A DNA stretch of 64,000 nt from Octopus vulgaris (GCA_951406725.2 OX597821.1:66588001-66652000); one strand, 5' to 3'; counted from the first letter of the stretch, positions 25,707 through 40,782 are shown. Made by a program: numbers and translations. The notes: generated from the letters alone by a model not told the origin.

Positions 25707-25826
25707 TTCTCTCTCTCTCTCTTTCTCTCTCTCTCTATTTATCTATCTATCCATTTATCTATCTATCTGTCTGTTTTTCTATGTACCTACCTACCTTACT
25801 ACCTACCTACTTACCTTCCTACGTAC

Positions 25827-25887
<61 letters not shown>

Positions 25888-25990
25888 AATCTATCTGTCT
25901 GTCTGTCTACCTACCTATGTATGTATGCATGTATGTATGTATGTATGTTTGTATGTATCTATTTATCTATCTATCTATCTACCTACCTAC

Positions 25991-26040
<50 letters not shown>

Positions 26041-26553
26041 GTATGTATGTCTGTGAGTATGTTTGACTCTGTCTATGTATCTATATATACGTCGAATGTG
26101 TTTGCTTCACGTACAGGTAGATAATGAAGTACGTACATATAGATTTCCATATGTTTGTTGTTTAGTCGAAACTAACACCAATAACATATTATTTATTGAA
26201 ATAATCACGCAATCCAGAAAATTAAATTGATACGTTGCTGAATCTTTATTACCAATATTATATGTTTCTGTGTGTGCCTGTATGTGTGTGTATGTGTATG
26301 TGTGTGTATGAGCTTGTGTGTGTGCGTGTGTGTTCGTGTGCGTGTTTATGTGTGTGCATGTGTGTGTATGTGTGTGAACTGTCAGCGTGTGTTTGTATTA
26401 CCCGGTTTGTGCGTGTACATAAGACTGATGCGAAACATACAATTATATTCATTTATATGAATATACATACATATATATATGTATATATGTATATATGTAT
26501 ATACATACAGATATATATATTTATATGTATATATATATACTTATATGTATATG

Positions 26554-26619
<66 letters not shown>

Positions 26620-26731
26620 AATATATGTATATATACATTATACCAACACATATATACACAGATATATTGATATATATGAATATAAGTATATATATATATG
26701 TACATATATATGCATATATATCTAAGTGTAA

Positions 26732-26765
<34 letters not shown>

Positions 26766-27744
26766 GAACATACATACACTTGTATAAATACAAATATATA
26801 TACATACATTTATATATATATATATATATAATCGTATATATATACATATGTGTTTGAGTCTGTTTGTATGTATATATACATGCGCATCTATGCATGTATG
26901 TATGTATGTATGTATGTATGTATGTATGTATGTACATATATATGTATTTCTGTATGTGTGTACTTACATATGTATTTCTATATGTATCGGTATGTGACGT
27001 GTGTTTTAATATCATTCATATTTGTATCAGTTAAGTCTGGGGTTAATACTCTGTGACCGTTGTACTCCCCACTTTTCTGTTTGTTGTTATTGTTTTAACT
27101 GTGGTTTTTTTTCTAGTTCATATTTCTATATATACATGCAATGGCAATGAAGACAGTTCTAATTTCCTCATTAAAACACCAATAACCTCATTTCCCCGAA
27201 AGTAATTGTTGCAAATTATATTCTTTCGATGTTTTTTGATGGGATCAAGTGGTTTGATGTGTTAAGAACATCTATTAAATATACTGATTGAATTTCACGT
27301 GGGAACCATTGTATAAACACTTAGTCGTATACGCTATCTGTACCACAAAGAACGCAGTAACATATTTTCTCCAGCATATGACGAAGTTCAATTTTCGCAT
27401 CGTTTTTAGCACCATTTTTAATACATTAATAGTTGTATTCATTGTCATTGTACTTTTCACTTGTTTAGCCCCGAGTCAGTCATGTTCAAGTAGAAGTATT
27501 TTTCATCTTTTAGCATTTACTTATCTTTTAACTTTACTTTGAACTTCTACTTATTTGACTGCGGTCATACTGGGGCACCGCCTAGAATGATCAATAAATT
27601 CCTGTAGCAATTATCTCGCACATATACGCATATATATTTATGTGTATGTTTGTGTGTGCATGTATTTGTGTGTGTACATTTGTGTGTGTATGTGTGTGGC
27701 GTACATACATATGTATGCATAATTATACACACACGCACATATAG

Positions 27745-27920
27745 GCAAATAAAATAAACGAGCATTAAAAATAACGATAACAAACCACAACAAGTCGTGC
27801 ACATGGAATGTATTAGTTTCACGTTGAAGAAAAAGTGAAATTTTTGACGTTTCGAGAAAGGAAAAGGGGAAAAGAGAAACATTCAAAGTAAGGGGGAAAT
27901 CACCAAAAGTAGGTGTGCAA
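27745..27920 (-). mobile_element. PLE pseudo-LTR-like cassette with collapsed hammerhead
   Basis: Minus strand TTCCTTTCT|CGAAACGTCAAAA...AACTAATACA aligns to 59890-60080 but lacks the CUGANGA/stem II part. Confidence 0.5.
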
Positions 27921-28531
27921 TTACTTTGCTGAAGAATTTCTTGCAGCAGGTTCAAATAATAATGATTTTATTCACCATATTCTTTCTCAGGTTCACACGA
28001 AAATTGCAACGGTCCTTAAGTTTTTATAAGCTCTGTAAAAGAATTCGGAAACCCTTAAAGCCAGGAAATTTTTACCACCCATCGTATAGACACACGCACG
28101 CACACACAAACACACACACACACACTTATGTATGTATGTATTCGTGCATAAATCTGTCTGTGTGTCTTTGTCTTTGTATTTGTCCCTCTCCAGTACGTGG
28201 CAACTTGTGTTGCTCTTTTACGTCCATGTAACACAGCGGTTAGTTAAAAAGATACTGATAAAATACGTGCTGCGCATGAAGATAACTACTACGGTCAATT
28301 TGTGTGCGCGCACGTTTATGATTGTATGATTTTCACACGGAAAAGTTTTGCAGTCCCTTCCATGTTTTTGGCTCTATCCCCTTAATAAAACCGTAGAAGG
28401 CAACAAAGCCCTACATTGAGGTAACCACCAACAGTCTCCTTGTAACAATATATGCTATTCCATTCATTATTCAATTGACGCTTGTGCGTATTTTTAGTGT
28501 ATATAAGAATTCATGAAAGATAAAAAAAAAA

Positions 28532-28661
<130 letters not shown>

Positions 28662-28679
28662 TATGTATATGTATATGTA

Positions 28680-28715
<36 letters not shown>

Positions 28716-28926
28716 TGTATGTATGTATATGTCTGTATAGATGCAGAATAGTTCCCAAAGAGCCACAGGCGAAACGAAATACATTTTATTGGAATAACGA
28801 TTATGGATTCAATGTGTATTCAGTCTCAGACGTATCTTTGATTTCTTTATTCTAAGAGTTCGGACACAACTTCGTTTTAAGTTGTCACGCTTGAAATTAC
28901 TCACACAAACACACACATACACACAC

Positions 28927-28957
<31 letters not shown>

Positions 28958-29359
28958 TGCATGTATATATATATATATATATATATATTATTTATTTATT
29001 TCAATATATATATGTGTATATGTATATGTAAGTTCGTAGATATATATGTATGTATATATACGTATGTATACGTATGTTTATATGTATTTATGCATGTATA
29101 TATATATATATGTATGTATGTATTTATGTATGTATATGTATGTTTGTATGTATATATATATATATAAGTATGAATGTAAATATACATATATATATGTATG
29201 CATACACGTATGCATTTATATACAATTTTTCTATGTTTGTATGCATGTACACACTCTATGTAGGTATGTATGTGTATGTTTGAATATTTGACAAGTTGAA
29301 AGAAGTATGTATTTGTGTGCATGAATGTTTGTGTGCTTGTGTGTGTGCGTGTGTCTGTG

Positions 29360-29422
<63 letters not shown>

Positions 29423-29827
29423 CATATGTCATATATACATGTCTCCAGTAACATATATCGAAACTTTCTCCAGTACAACATCGTCTATCGGCTTCAGCTT
29501 CTCAATGGACACTTTTAGAAATAAATTCTACCAAAGTTATCGCTCACACTCGTAGGCAACTTCGGATGTTTTTCTGATACCCGACATTCCCATTCATCTT
29601 CCTAAAATTCTTGTTTAAGATACGAATATTACAAAATATTGCATTCCTTTGTTTTCCAAATTTCTTAGTATATATATTTTGATCTGGACCCTGTATGGCA
29701 TGGCCAGATGATTTTTGTTATACGCTAAATACAGAGTCTTTTACGTAGAAATCGGATGTGATGGAGAAAGGAAATGGAATAATTGTTATATTTAATGGAA
29801 TTCTACTTCATGGTGAATGGAACAGAA

Positions 29828-29991
29828 TTAGGAGTGGCGGTGTGATAAGAAGCTTGCTTCCCAACCACATTGTTCTAGATTTAGTACCCCTGGGCAAGTG
29901 TCTTCAACTATAGCCTTGAGCCGACCAAAGCGTTGCGAGTAGATTTGGTTGAGGTAAACTGAAAGAAGTCAGTCGTATGTATGTGTGTGAG

Positions 29992-30048
<57 letters not shown>

Positions 30049-30350
30049 TAGAAAGAGGGAGAGAGAGAGAGAGAGATAGATAGAGAGAGAGAAAGAGATA
30101 GAAAGAGAGAGAGAGAGAGAGAAAGAGTGGGTGTTACCTTCTTTGTCCCCAACCACCTCTTGGCAACCGGTGTTGGTTTGTTTAGATCACTGCAATCAAG
30201 TGGATCGGCTTAGAACTCGATAGAATAAGTACCACGGGTTACTAACGAAAAAGAAAAAAAAAATTAAGCACTGGTGTCGATCCGTTCAACGAAAATCTTG
30301 CAAGGTGGTGCCCTAGTATGGCCGTAGTTTATGACAGAAATACATAAAAA
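29828..30350 (+). mobile_element. Diverged SINE family A with (GA)n centre
   Basis: Head, body and GGTGCCCTAGTATGGCCG tail. Confidence 0.75.
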
Positions 30351-30874
30351 AAAGAAACTAAAAAATAAGGAAGTAAAACTGTACTGTCTCCCTGTTTATA
30401 AAGAAAAGAATGTGGGACAAAGCAATGAAACAAAATGTTTGGGTGGGGCCAGGAGTAAGCTGGAGAACCACCGGATTAACGGATAACGATTGCTCGCCCT
30501 CGTAAATCGCTTACACATGTTCGTTATTTTGTTAGTATCAAAACGATTTTGACCTCATCTTTCAGTCCTTACATAAGGTCTTTGTTGTCAAAGAAAACAT
30601 GATTTATTCCGGCACGTTTTTATTTTCGTTTGTATTTTTGTTTTTTATTTTTATTTTTATTTTTATTCGACTCTGGTTATGTTCACCGTATCAGGATATC
30701 GATATGATGTGTAACGCGATGATATATGATATACATTACGTATTTGTGTGTATTGGATATGTGCGTGTATGTGTGTGTGTGCATGTGTGAGTGTGTGCAT
30801 GTATATATATATATACACATTTATATATATACACACACACGCATTCATATATATATCAATATACATATACTGCC

Positions 30875-30905
<31 letters not shown>

Positions 30906-31032
30906 CATACATTTATATATGCATATATACATACATATACATACATACATACATACACATATATATATATATACACACACACTATATAAGTGTATTCACT
31001 CTCAGACACTATATATATATATGTGTGTGTTT

Positions 31033-31068
<36 letters not shown>

Positions 31069-31584
31069 ATATGGAAGAACATAGAATATGATATGTAACT
31101 TGATGCGATCATGATATGATGCATTTTAGTTCATATGTTTCTGTAATTGGACCGAAATCTGTGTATATTCTGCTTATCAATTTGGTAATGCAATCCTACA
31201 TATTAATAGAGGAAAAAATGAGTAATATATTCTTTTCATTACCGCTTCATTATAAGATTTTAGTTCGTTTTTCGACAGGAAGAAAGAGAGAAAAATAACA
31301 AAGAAAATTAAAGAGACAGAGAAACAGGAAGAGAGAGAGTTTGAGACAGAGATAGATAGAGAGTAGCTTACCATTATTTACGAAAATACGATTGGCAGTA
31401 CCTGGCGCTGTATTTACTTATCTTCATAGTAGTACATACATTACGTGCATATATTATTTAACTAAAGAAAGCAGTGTTGTGGTGTATAACTTGCAACAAT
31501 AGTAAAATTGTTTAACCTCGGGCTCCGTTTTAAGAACGAGGCTATATTTATACTTGTTACACATATGAATGTACTTTTATATTC

Positions 31585-31940
31585 TATCTCTTATTTCACT
31601 CAATGGACTGCGGTCATTCTGGAGCACCGCCTTGGAGAGTAGAGTCGAACAAATAAACCTCTACTTATTTTTTTAAAATCTGTATCCTTTGCTAAACCGG
31701 TATGTTACAGGAACGGAATCAAACCAACACCGTAGTGAAGCGGTGGATCGATGGACGAACACTATCATAAAAGCACACACATTATGCTTCCACGCAGTTT
31801 CTGTTTACCAAATTCATTCACAAGACCTTGGTCCGGTCTAATTAGGGCGTGAATGGAGGAGACTTGGCCAAGGTGCGGACTGAACCCCCAGACGATACAA
31901 TTGTACAGTGAGCTTTTTCATTACATTAGTCATACCATGC
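31585..31940 (-). mobile_element. Diverged SINE family A
   Basis: Tail GACTGCGGTCATTCTGGAGCACCGCC and body remnants. Confidence 0.65.
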
Positions 31941-32204
31941 TTGATTATCAAAAGAGTTATTCGTTTTCTGAAGACACCAGTGTTGGATTTAAAATGGATC
32001 TCGCAATAAACTGTATCAGTGCACGCAAGAGCATAGGGGTAACGTTCATCTTTTGGTTCGATATTACAGCTGCTTTAGATTAGTGATCATTTCCATTTAT
32101 ATCTGGTCCTTTCCCTTATTATCGACAGACTGGGAAGTGGATGAGAGGGGAGGGGAGTAAATAGTTTGGAGCATGAGAATACGGAAAGCACAAGAGGTTC
32201 ATAA

Positions 32205-32612
32205 TGAAGATGATGATGATGATGATGACCGCGGCGACAACGATGACAGCGATAACGACGACGATGGTGATGATCACTATGATGATGATGAGGATGATGA
32301 TGGTGATGACAACGACAATGGTGATGACGACGACGATGGAAAAAGTGGTGGTGGTGGCGGTGATCTTATTGGTGGTGGTGATGGTGGTGATGATGATGTT
32401 GACGATTGCAACGATGACGACGACGAAAACGACGATGACGATAACGATAATGATCATAACGAGGACATCGACGACGACGATGATGATGATGATGATGCTA
32501 ACAACAATGATGATGACGATGATTCTGATGATGATGGTGATGCGGAAGAGGAAAAAAGGGATTTATATGACGATTTTAATGCTGCTCCTGCTGCTGCTGA
32601 AGAAGAAAACAG

Positions 32613-32666
<54 letters not shown>

Positions 32667-32685
32667 CGATGACGACGACGACGAC

Positions 32686-32720
<35 letters not shown>

Positions 32721-32745
32721 CGATGACGACGACGACGACGACGAC

Positions 32746-32777
<32 letters not shown>

Positions 32778-32805
32778 CGGCGATGACGACGACGATGATG
32801 ATGAC
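32205..32805. repeat. Imperfect (GAT/GAC)n trinucleotide repeat
   Basis: Directly visible. Confidence 0.95.
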
Positions 32806-33395
32806 TTTGTGAACTTCGTTTCTGGCTGTGAGTGCCATCAGCGCAATTCTCAAAACCTAATTTGAAATTTGAGTATTTACTTTGTTCAAAAACTGTAACA
32901 ACATGTCGCCTGGCCAAAATTTGGGTTAATTTATTGGTAGTTTTATATACCAGCAATTTAAAAACCTCGAGATTCTGGGAATTTATATTCCACACCCATA
33001 TATTTACTTTTTCAGTTACAGAGAACATTGTCGGTCTTTAAAGGAAATTGAAACCGCTAATTCTCAGAAAACAGAAAATTGGTAAATTGAGTGCTAATGT
33101 GATTAGAGAACCTATGCCTTTCTTAAACGGTGTGAAAGCATGAAAATTATCGTGGATAATTAGTCTTTAGCGGTTCTGCAATGTTTGTTATCAATGGAGC
33201 AAGAAAAAGCATGTTTAGGGTTTAGAATTGAGGACTGTCAAAACTCTAGACAACAAATGCACTGACGAACTTGCTCTCTTACTTTCCTTCTTTCTTTCCG
33301 TCTCTCTCTCTCTCTTTCTCTCTCACACACACACACACATTCAAGTGCAGGCATACATTCAGATGCAAACACTTAACTACACACATACGTACATA

Positions 33396-33451
<56 letters not shown>

Positions 33452-33498
33452 TGTATGTATATATATGTATATATATATACACACATATATATGTGTGT

Positions 33499-33573
<75 letters not shown>

Positions 33574-34394
33574 GCGTGTTTACGTATATTTATATAAATG
33601 TGTGTATACATATATATATATATATAGTTATATATTTATATCGATATCTATATACATATAAATATATATGTATATGTACGTGTATTTATATATACATCTA
33701 TATATGTCTGTATATATAGGTGCGCACACAACACATTATATATACATATACATACGCACACATACACCCCCCATACACAGACACAACACCTAATATGCAA
33801 ATATACTTCCTGTACAGGTCCCATTTTAATTTTGAAACAACGTCCTATAACACGAAAGAAAATTATATATACGGTATATCCACGAATGAATGCGAGTGTG
33901 TGAATTTAAGGGTGTGTCTGTTGAGTGTGTGAGTGTGTTTCTAGGTGCATGTGTAAATGTGTGTAAATCTGTTTCACTTCCTTGCAAATTCACATACTTG
34001 CAGCAAAATATTGTTGATGCGTGACTGATTGAAAAAGAACCCTTCAAATACTAACAAGTTGAGTCACTGGTAAACCCATAAGTACCATACGTATGTGCGT
34101 GTACTTGAATATATACACCAAAAAAGAACCAAATGACCTTCTCGAGCCATAGGATCATAAGACCTGTTTGCAATATTCTGTGGCGATATATATTGCAGTC
34201 CTGCCCTCTGGATAGGACGACGGTCCATCGCATAATTTTTCCTTTTTGGCAGCTGAGCAAAATAGATCAACGTAAAATGAAGTGCTTGACACAAAAACAC
34301 AACACTTCGCGGCGCTCAGAAATCGAAATCTCAATATAAGAAGTCATGCGTGCAGCACCTTAACAATTAAACCTAAACCATGCACGTCCATGGA

Positions 34395-34470
<76 letters not shown>

Positions 34471-34609
34471 CTCTCTCTCTATCTATCTATCTTTCTTTCT
34501 CATGTGTATATATATACTTATTATATATATATATATAATTTCTCTCTCTCTCTCTATCTGTCTTTCTTTCTCATATGTATATATATATTTATTATATATA
34601 TATATATAT

Positions 34610-34805
34610 GGGGAGAATTTACCAAAAAAAAAAAACAGAAGACGAAGACAGGTGGTGTAGACAACAAACAGATGTATTAGTATAACGCTCGGGAAGTAAA
34701 AAGTCATTAACGTTACGAACCTACGCTCTTCCACAGAAAGGAACACAGACGGAAACAAGGAGAGAAAATAAAGAATGTATAGTGGCTAGTGATCTATCAT
34801 GGCGG
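34610..34805 (-). mobile_element. PLE pseudo-LTR-like cassette with degenerate hammerhead
   Basis: Same family as 59890-60080; CUUU-CUGUGGA-A-GAGC(GUAG)GUUC-GUAA-CG-UU-AAUG; microsatellites on both sides. Confidence 0.65.
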
Positions 34806-34810
34806 ATAAT

Positions 34811-34860
<50 letters not shown>

Positions 34861-34864
34861 TGAA

Positions 34865-35062
34865 TATTTGACCGCGTGTGTATCGTTGGCGATTTTCTTT
34901 CTCCGTCTTCCCTTCCTTGGACCTTTACTTTTTGCATCTTTCTGACGAAACGTTAAATCCTCCTTCTTTCTTTCCTTTCCTGAGCGTCCAATAACACTAT
35001 ACTTGTTCCACGTTCTCGCATTGTTGTGTTTTCTCTTTGTGTTTTCATGTTTGGTTTAGCCA
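34865..35062 (+). mobile_element. PLE pseudo-LTR-like cassette with collapsed hammerhead
   Basis: Same family as 52357-52578; TTTCTGACGAAACGTTAAA is core fused across a deletion; (TA)n on both sides. Confidence 0.65.
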
Positions 35063-36100
35063 TATATATATATATATAAAAGAAATGGAAAACAAAAAAT
35101 AAATTGAACAATTATAAATTCAATTCAACTTAAATTTTTTATACAAACAAATGACATATATATATATATTTATAGAGGAATGTAAAAATATACATTATGA
35201 AGGATATATCGTAAACAATTCAAGATTATTTACGAATACATCAATGGCCAGCACATTTACTCAAAAACTTTTTTTTCATAAAATAAGTGTGTATAATTGC
35301 GAATAAATCACAGTTATAACGGAGAGGGTTGCAAAAACTCTTACATATCTAGAAATAGCAGTCAAAACCGCTATGAAGCCACTCGAAGCACTCACATTGT
35401 ATCTCTCCACAATAAAGCAGTCCTCGGGCGACGTGACGGAAAATTCAAATCTTAAATAAAAGGTTAGTCCTCTATTGGAATTTCGAAGTTAGGCACGAAA
35501 ACGGTTTCACTCTTCTCTTCAGTAGAACATTCTACCCACACATTCAAATTCTGAATTCCAACGTCATGCACGACATTTTTTGATTGCATGCTCTGATCAA
35601 TGATATATTCAATTAAAATAACCAATTCAGTCTTATTTACGATATATCTTTCGTAATATGTATTTTACATTCCTCTTGAATTATTTAACATTTCACTCAC
35701 ATCCAGTTTATCGCCGTGGCTCAATTTACTGTTCTTTTCTTATAAACGCTGAACATGATGTTGGGATTCAGTATTTGACTGTATAGATAGAGGTTAACAC
35801 ATTATTCTTGCCGGTCGAGACACATATTAAACTCCGAGATATGCTTTTTGTGTTAATTTGTATATACAGGAATGTTCTCCTGAAGAGAAGAGTGGAACCG
35901 TTTTGGTTCCCAACTTTGTAATTGTTATAGAGGACTAAGCTTTCATTTAAGTATTGAATTTTATGTCATGTCACCCGCCGACAGCTTTATTGTGAAGTGA
36001 TATAAAATGAGTGATTATAGTGGCTTTATAGCAGTTTTGACTGCTATTTTTTGCAACCCTCTCCGTTATAATTGTTATTTATTCACAATTACACATACTT

Positions 36101-36180
<80 letters not shown>

Positions 36181-36184
36181 TGTG

Positions 36185-36935
36185 TGAATGACTGCGTGGT
36201 GAGAAGCTTACTTCCTAACCACATGGTTACGGGTTCAGTCCCACTTCGTGGCACCTTGGGCAAGTGTCTTCTACTGTAGCCTCGAGCCGACCAAAGCCTT
36301 ATCAGTGGATTTGGTTGATGGAAACTGAAAGAAGTCCAAGGAATGTATATGTTTTGCATAGAACTTGCGCATGCAAGTACTACCGGAAGCCAGAAAGTGT
36401 ATGGAATCATCAGAAGAGAATAAGCGTCGTCTCGGGGCCTACCTCATGACGGCATCAATGTGCACCGCCCCCTCACTGATGAGACCCCACTTGTTAGATC
36501 ATCTGGTTATCAAATAAAGCTCAATATTCTTCTAGCCATCGCTCATCGTCTCCTTTTAACCAAATCCAGTGCCTTGCCTTTTACACTGTAGTTTGGATAT
36601 CGGTCATGGTGGTATCTATTCTACGATGAATTAGGCCTAACGATAACAACAGTCGCCACACACTGTGTCCAACAAACCCTCTACATCCGACTTTGATTGG
36701 AAATATGCTCCGCTTTCTAACCTGCGTCTTCCCATTTCCTAAGAAGGTTTACATAACGGTCAATCTTTCGAGCTCGAGAGGCTTTTAACTTAGTGGTTCG
36801 GCAAAAGAGACCGAGAGAATAAGTACTAGGCTAACAAGTAATTAGTCCTGGGGCCGATTTGTTCGAATAAAGGTGGTGCACCAGCATGACAGCAGTGAAA
36901 TAGCTGAAAGAAGTAAAAGAAGAAAAGAAAAGAAA
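36185..36935 (+). mobile_element. SINE family A split by a retroelement fragment
   Basis: 5' part 36185-36340, tail 36780-36935. Confidence 0.75.
36345..36775 (-). mobile_element. RLE non-LTR retrotransposon 3' fragment (HERO-like)
   Basis: IFPIKVGCRGFVGHSVWRLLLSLG...V*KARHWIWLKG resembles the PxEVGCRGF...WIW C-terminus of these elements. Confidence 0.7.
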
Positions 36936-36946
36936 ATATTTATATA

Positions 36947-37316
36947 TAGAACTGAAGAAACTGGATTCAAGAAGGAGTACAGTAGAACCTTTATTAATTA
37001 TTAGCTACATTTGTTTCGATGCAACGGTGTTCTCCAAGAATACTGATATTTGATTATGCAACTGTTTGTTTGCATAATGAGACCTCGCGGAAAACACCAT
37101 GGGTCTATCAGCTGCTACTGAATTCAAACCACGGCGAACAAAGATGGCCTTGACGTCAACGATTTTAAAATAACGGAGACAACACTCGTATATCGCGTGA
37201 AGAATCACAAGTGAATCTCACTATGCAAACAAACGGGTGCATAATCAAAAACCTGTCGTGTCGAAAAATGTCCAACCGTACTCCTTCTTCTTGACTCCAA
37301 TTTCTTCAATTTTACA
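36947..37316. repeat. Fold-back/MITE-like element with two pairs of inverted arms
   Basis: TGAAGAAACTGGATTCAAGAAGGAGTAC versus GTACTCCTTCTTCTTGACTCCAATTTCTTCA; inner TTTGATTATGCAACTGTTTGTTTGCATA versus TATGCAAACAAACGGGTGCATAATCAAA. Confidence 0.75.
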
Positions 37317-37454
37317 TTCACACACGACGAATGTCAAACAGACTAGAAAGTCATCTTTTCGTTTTCACATTTGATAAGCATTACTTTTAGCTTACTTTAG
37401 AAGAAAATTACACGTAATTTTGTTGACAGCTGCTAGTACAGTGTCACTTTTAAT

Positions 37455-37840
37455 ATGGAGTGCAAAAACGAATATTTTAGCCATATTTTGCCTTTTTATT
37501 TCCGTACAGGCAAGCAAGCTTCTTAGTCTCACAAAGAGATATGTGAAGTTTATGATCTTGATTGCTTAAAAGAACGCACATGTCAGAAATGGTGTAAAAA
37601 ATTCCGTTCTGGAGATTTTTCCCTCAAAGATGACCAACGTTCTGGTCGACCTACTGAAGTTGGTGATGACCGAATCAAACCCAGAATTGATTCTCATTGT
37701 CATATGACTGTGCGAGAGTTTGCAGAGAGGTTAAATGTTGCACACACAATTGGCAATTACTTGGAAAATATCTTGGAATCGTTCAGAAGATCGATATTTG
37801 GGTTCCACATAAATTGAAAGAGATTTACATAACACAACGA
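37455..37840 (+). mobile_element. Mariner transposase N-terminal remnant
   Basis: MECKNEYFSHIL..FRTGK...ICEVY...ERTCQKWCKKFRSGDFSLKDDQRSGRP...WVPHKL, with stop and frameshift. Confidence 0.88.
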
Positions 37841-37913
37841 GTCCATAAATTCGTTGATTCGTGGATCACACGAATCCATATATTGTGACTTAAATTCATA
37901 TATATATATATAT

Positions 37914-37971
<58 letters not shown>

Positions 37972-38252
37972 TGTCTACTTCTTATGTGACCACTTCTTGT
38001 ACCTACACCTTAGACCCATCATGGCGTTTGACGTAGCCTTTTAAACCAGACAATGTATTGAAAAGACATCCACATAAATTGAATATTTGCTTTGGACTAC
38101 TAAGGGATGCATTAAATTCTCATCTTTGTGGATCTTAAAATGTCTTTGAGGTCTTCGTTTGGTTTGCATAATATACAAAGCATTGAAAGGTGTGCAAAGA
38201 TATGTAGGCAACTCATATATATATATATATATATATACGTGTGTGTATGAGA

Positions 38253-38296
<44 letters not shown>

Positions 38297-38639
38297 TATT
38301 ATCTGTATATGTCTATATGTATATATACATATATACATGTGTATCAATATTGCTGACTGTTTTAGCTAGAGCTACGGTTTTAATAAGTCTGTGTGCAGTT
38401 GCCACTCTTCGGTATTTCCTTTTGAAAACGGCTAAGGAGCGAGAAACGCATCGTCCGGTAATACGAGAGAGGACAGTAATGAACAGATATGGTTCATTTT
38501 AGCCTTTTTTAAACATAAGAGATAATGTTTTTCTCCATGGTAACTGAAGTTAATTTGCCTTTACAAGTTGAACTATGTCACAGACATATTCTAACCAACC
38601 TAAATTTGGCATATATATATATATATACCATAGGGGATG

Positions 38640-39379
38640 AAGATGCTTCCCGGAGATGGCGCAGAACACATTCACTTTCGATGAGTTTCTATCTTGCTCG
38701 ACTGGGGCATGGAATTTTTCTTCGCCCCAAATGCGATCATTAAGCTAACTGACTTTGTCATTCCAATGGAATGTAGCCTCATCACTGAAAAGAGGACGTT
38801 CTTTGAACTCGGTTTCTTCATGTGTCTCTTATATATCAACACAGAATTGTTTGCGCTTTCGCTTGTCAGCTGCCGTTATGGCCTGAACGAGCCGCAGCTT
38901 GTAGGGTTTCATTAGCAAGCGTTTCTTCAAGACGCGCCAAACTGTCATTGGAGGAATCTGGGTTTCCACACTTGTTCTTCTTATGGAATTCTTGGAGCTT
39001 CGCAAGAGTTTTTGGCGAACCCTCTTGACCGTCTCTTCCGATGTTAGTGGTCGTCAAGATCCTTTAGCCCTGCACAGACAGCCTTACTCTTTGAATTGTT
39101 TGTGCCATGTCCACATCTGCATTGTTCTTGGTAACGTTTTAGAGAACTCTCTCAGAGATGCACGCTACGCAGTCCTGTTCGACTGTGTTCGAGCATACTC
39201 CATCACACAAAACGCCTTTTCTTTTCCAGTGAATGCTATTTCTATACCTGCAAAGACAAACATATCAAATACTAAACAAAATTTTGACCTGTTTCTACAC
39301 ATGTTGTTTAATTTGAAGTCATTTGAACAAGAACTGGCAAATCTATTAGATTGCGAAATATCAAATTGTTTGAAACACC

Positions 39380-39383
<4 letters not shown>
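38640..39383 (-). mobile_element. Tc1/mariner-superfamily remnant (rosa/DD41D-like)
   Basis: [14 protein letters not shown]...[15 protein letters not shown]...FSDEATFH...RIWG...KVNVFCAIS; terminus TA|CACGGTGTTTC. Confidence 0.8.
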
Positions 39384-39433
<50 letters not shown>

Positions 39434-39455
39434 CCGCGTGTATACTTATACATAG

Positions 39456-39504
<49 letters not shown>

Positions 39505-40644
39505 AATATACATATACCAAGTAGTTGTTTTACAAAAACTCTAAAATGTATATATATATAAAAATACATGTAAATTTGAATGTTTTTGAGAAAACATACT
39601 TGATACAGCTACAACATTTAAAGAAAGAATGTTTTAAAGTTAATAATTACTTGAAAAATATTGAGGGATGAGAATGCCACAAATCTTTGAGGAAAAAATT
39701 TTCGTATTGCATGTATTTCGTGTGTAAGCGATTTCGATGGTCACCTTTTCAAACACACGTGTTCAAGGCTAATGCGTAACGACTAAGAATCTCAGACATG
39801 AGCCTACTGTAGTTGACAGAGAAAAGATTTAGAGATAACAAGAAAATAAATACCAAAAAGAGAAAGCGGTAGGAAAAGAGAGATATAGACAGAAGAACGG
39901 ATTTGGCACAAGTTTTCATTGCGTGATGGCATGTTTCGTCACATGAACATTACCTGTGGTAAATAGAAATATTAAATTAAAACGGGTTTAGTATGACAGC
40001 TGATAAAGAGATTTCACGTGGAATTCGAAATTTAACACAGAATATTCCGTTATGGCGAGGTTAAACAATATATCGGCATTACTAGTGAGAGAGATACCGT
40101 TCAAAGATTTATATATTATTATAGTGAAACCTGGTTCACAAATCGATTTTAACAATTTGGTAGAATGTTTCGCTCAGCTATTATTCAGTATTAAATAAAA
40201 CTTCCTTTAATCCTACCAGGATTTCAACATATCCGGTTTTAATGAACTAGGTTTCAATATGATATAAACATAAGTTGGATATGAGCCCTGCGGCAAATGA
40301 AAATATGTTGGAATTTATTGAACAAACCTGGAAGTGAAATGATTTAACAGTTTCTGAATTATAGCAAAATGATATTCTAATTAAATGTCTCTAGCTTAAA
40401 ACTGTAACTTGTCTTTTTCGTCATATGGACTTAATTGTAATGTTTGAAATATTGTATAACAATTTTCAGACGTAGAATATCATTAGTTTTCTGTGATTGT
40501 ACTGTTATGGTTTACTAAATAATGGTAAGTGGTGGTGTCTGAATGAAACAAGTGTCTGAATGGTATTTGCTTGTTTTAATGCACTCCAATACTCTACAGC
40601 ATGAGATCAAATAGAGCCGACAAGATTTCCAGACATACAACGTA

Positions 40645-40647
40645 ATG

Positions 40648-40705
<58 letters not shown>

Positions 40706-40782
40706 TAATAATAATAATAATAATAACAACAACAACAACAACAACAACAACAATAATAATAATAATACTGATAATAATAATG

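Noticed and set aside
28750-28785. CCAAAGA-GCC-ACA-GGC-GAAAC next to a microsatellite
   Set aside because: Two core mismatches and no stem III or stem I partner; too decayed to call
31372-31461. Minus-strand segment with AG acceptor and GTAAGC donor
   Set aside because: Stops in all three frames and a weak pyrimidine tract; no independent support
32173-32865. 230-aa poly-Asp ORF reminiscent of acidic biomineralisation proteins
   Set aside because: A (GAT)n repeat is inherently open in this frame; no signal peptide, splice context or non-repetitive domain
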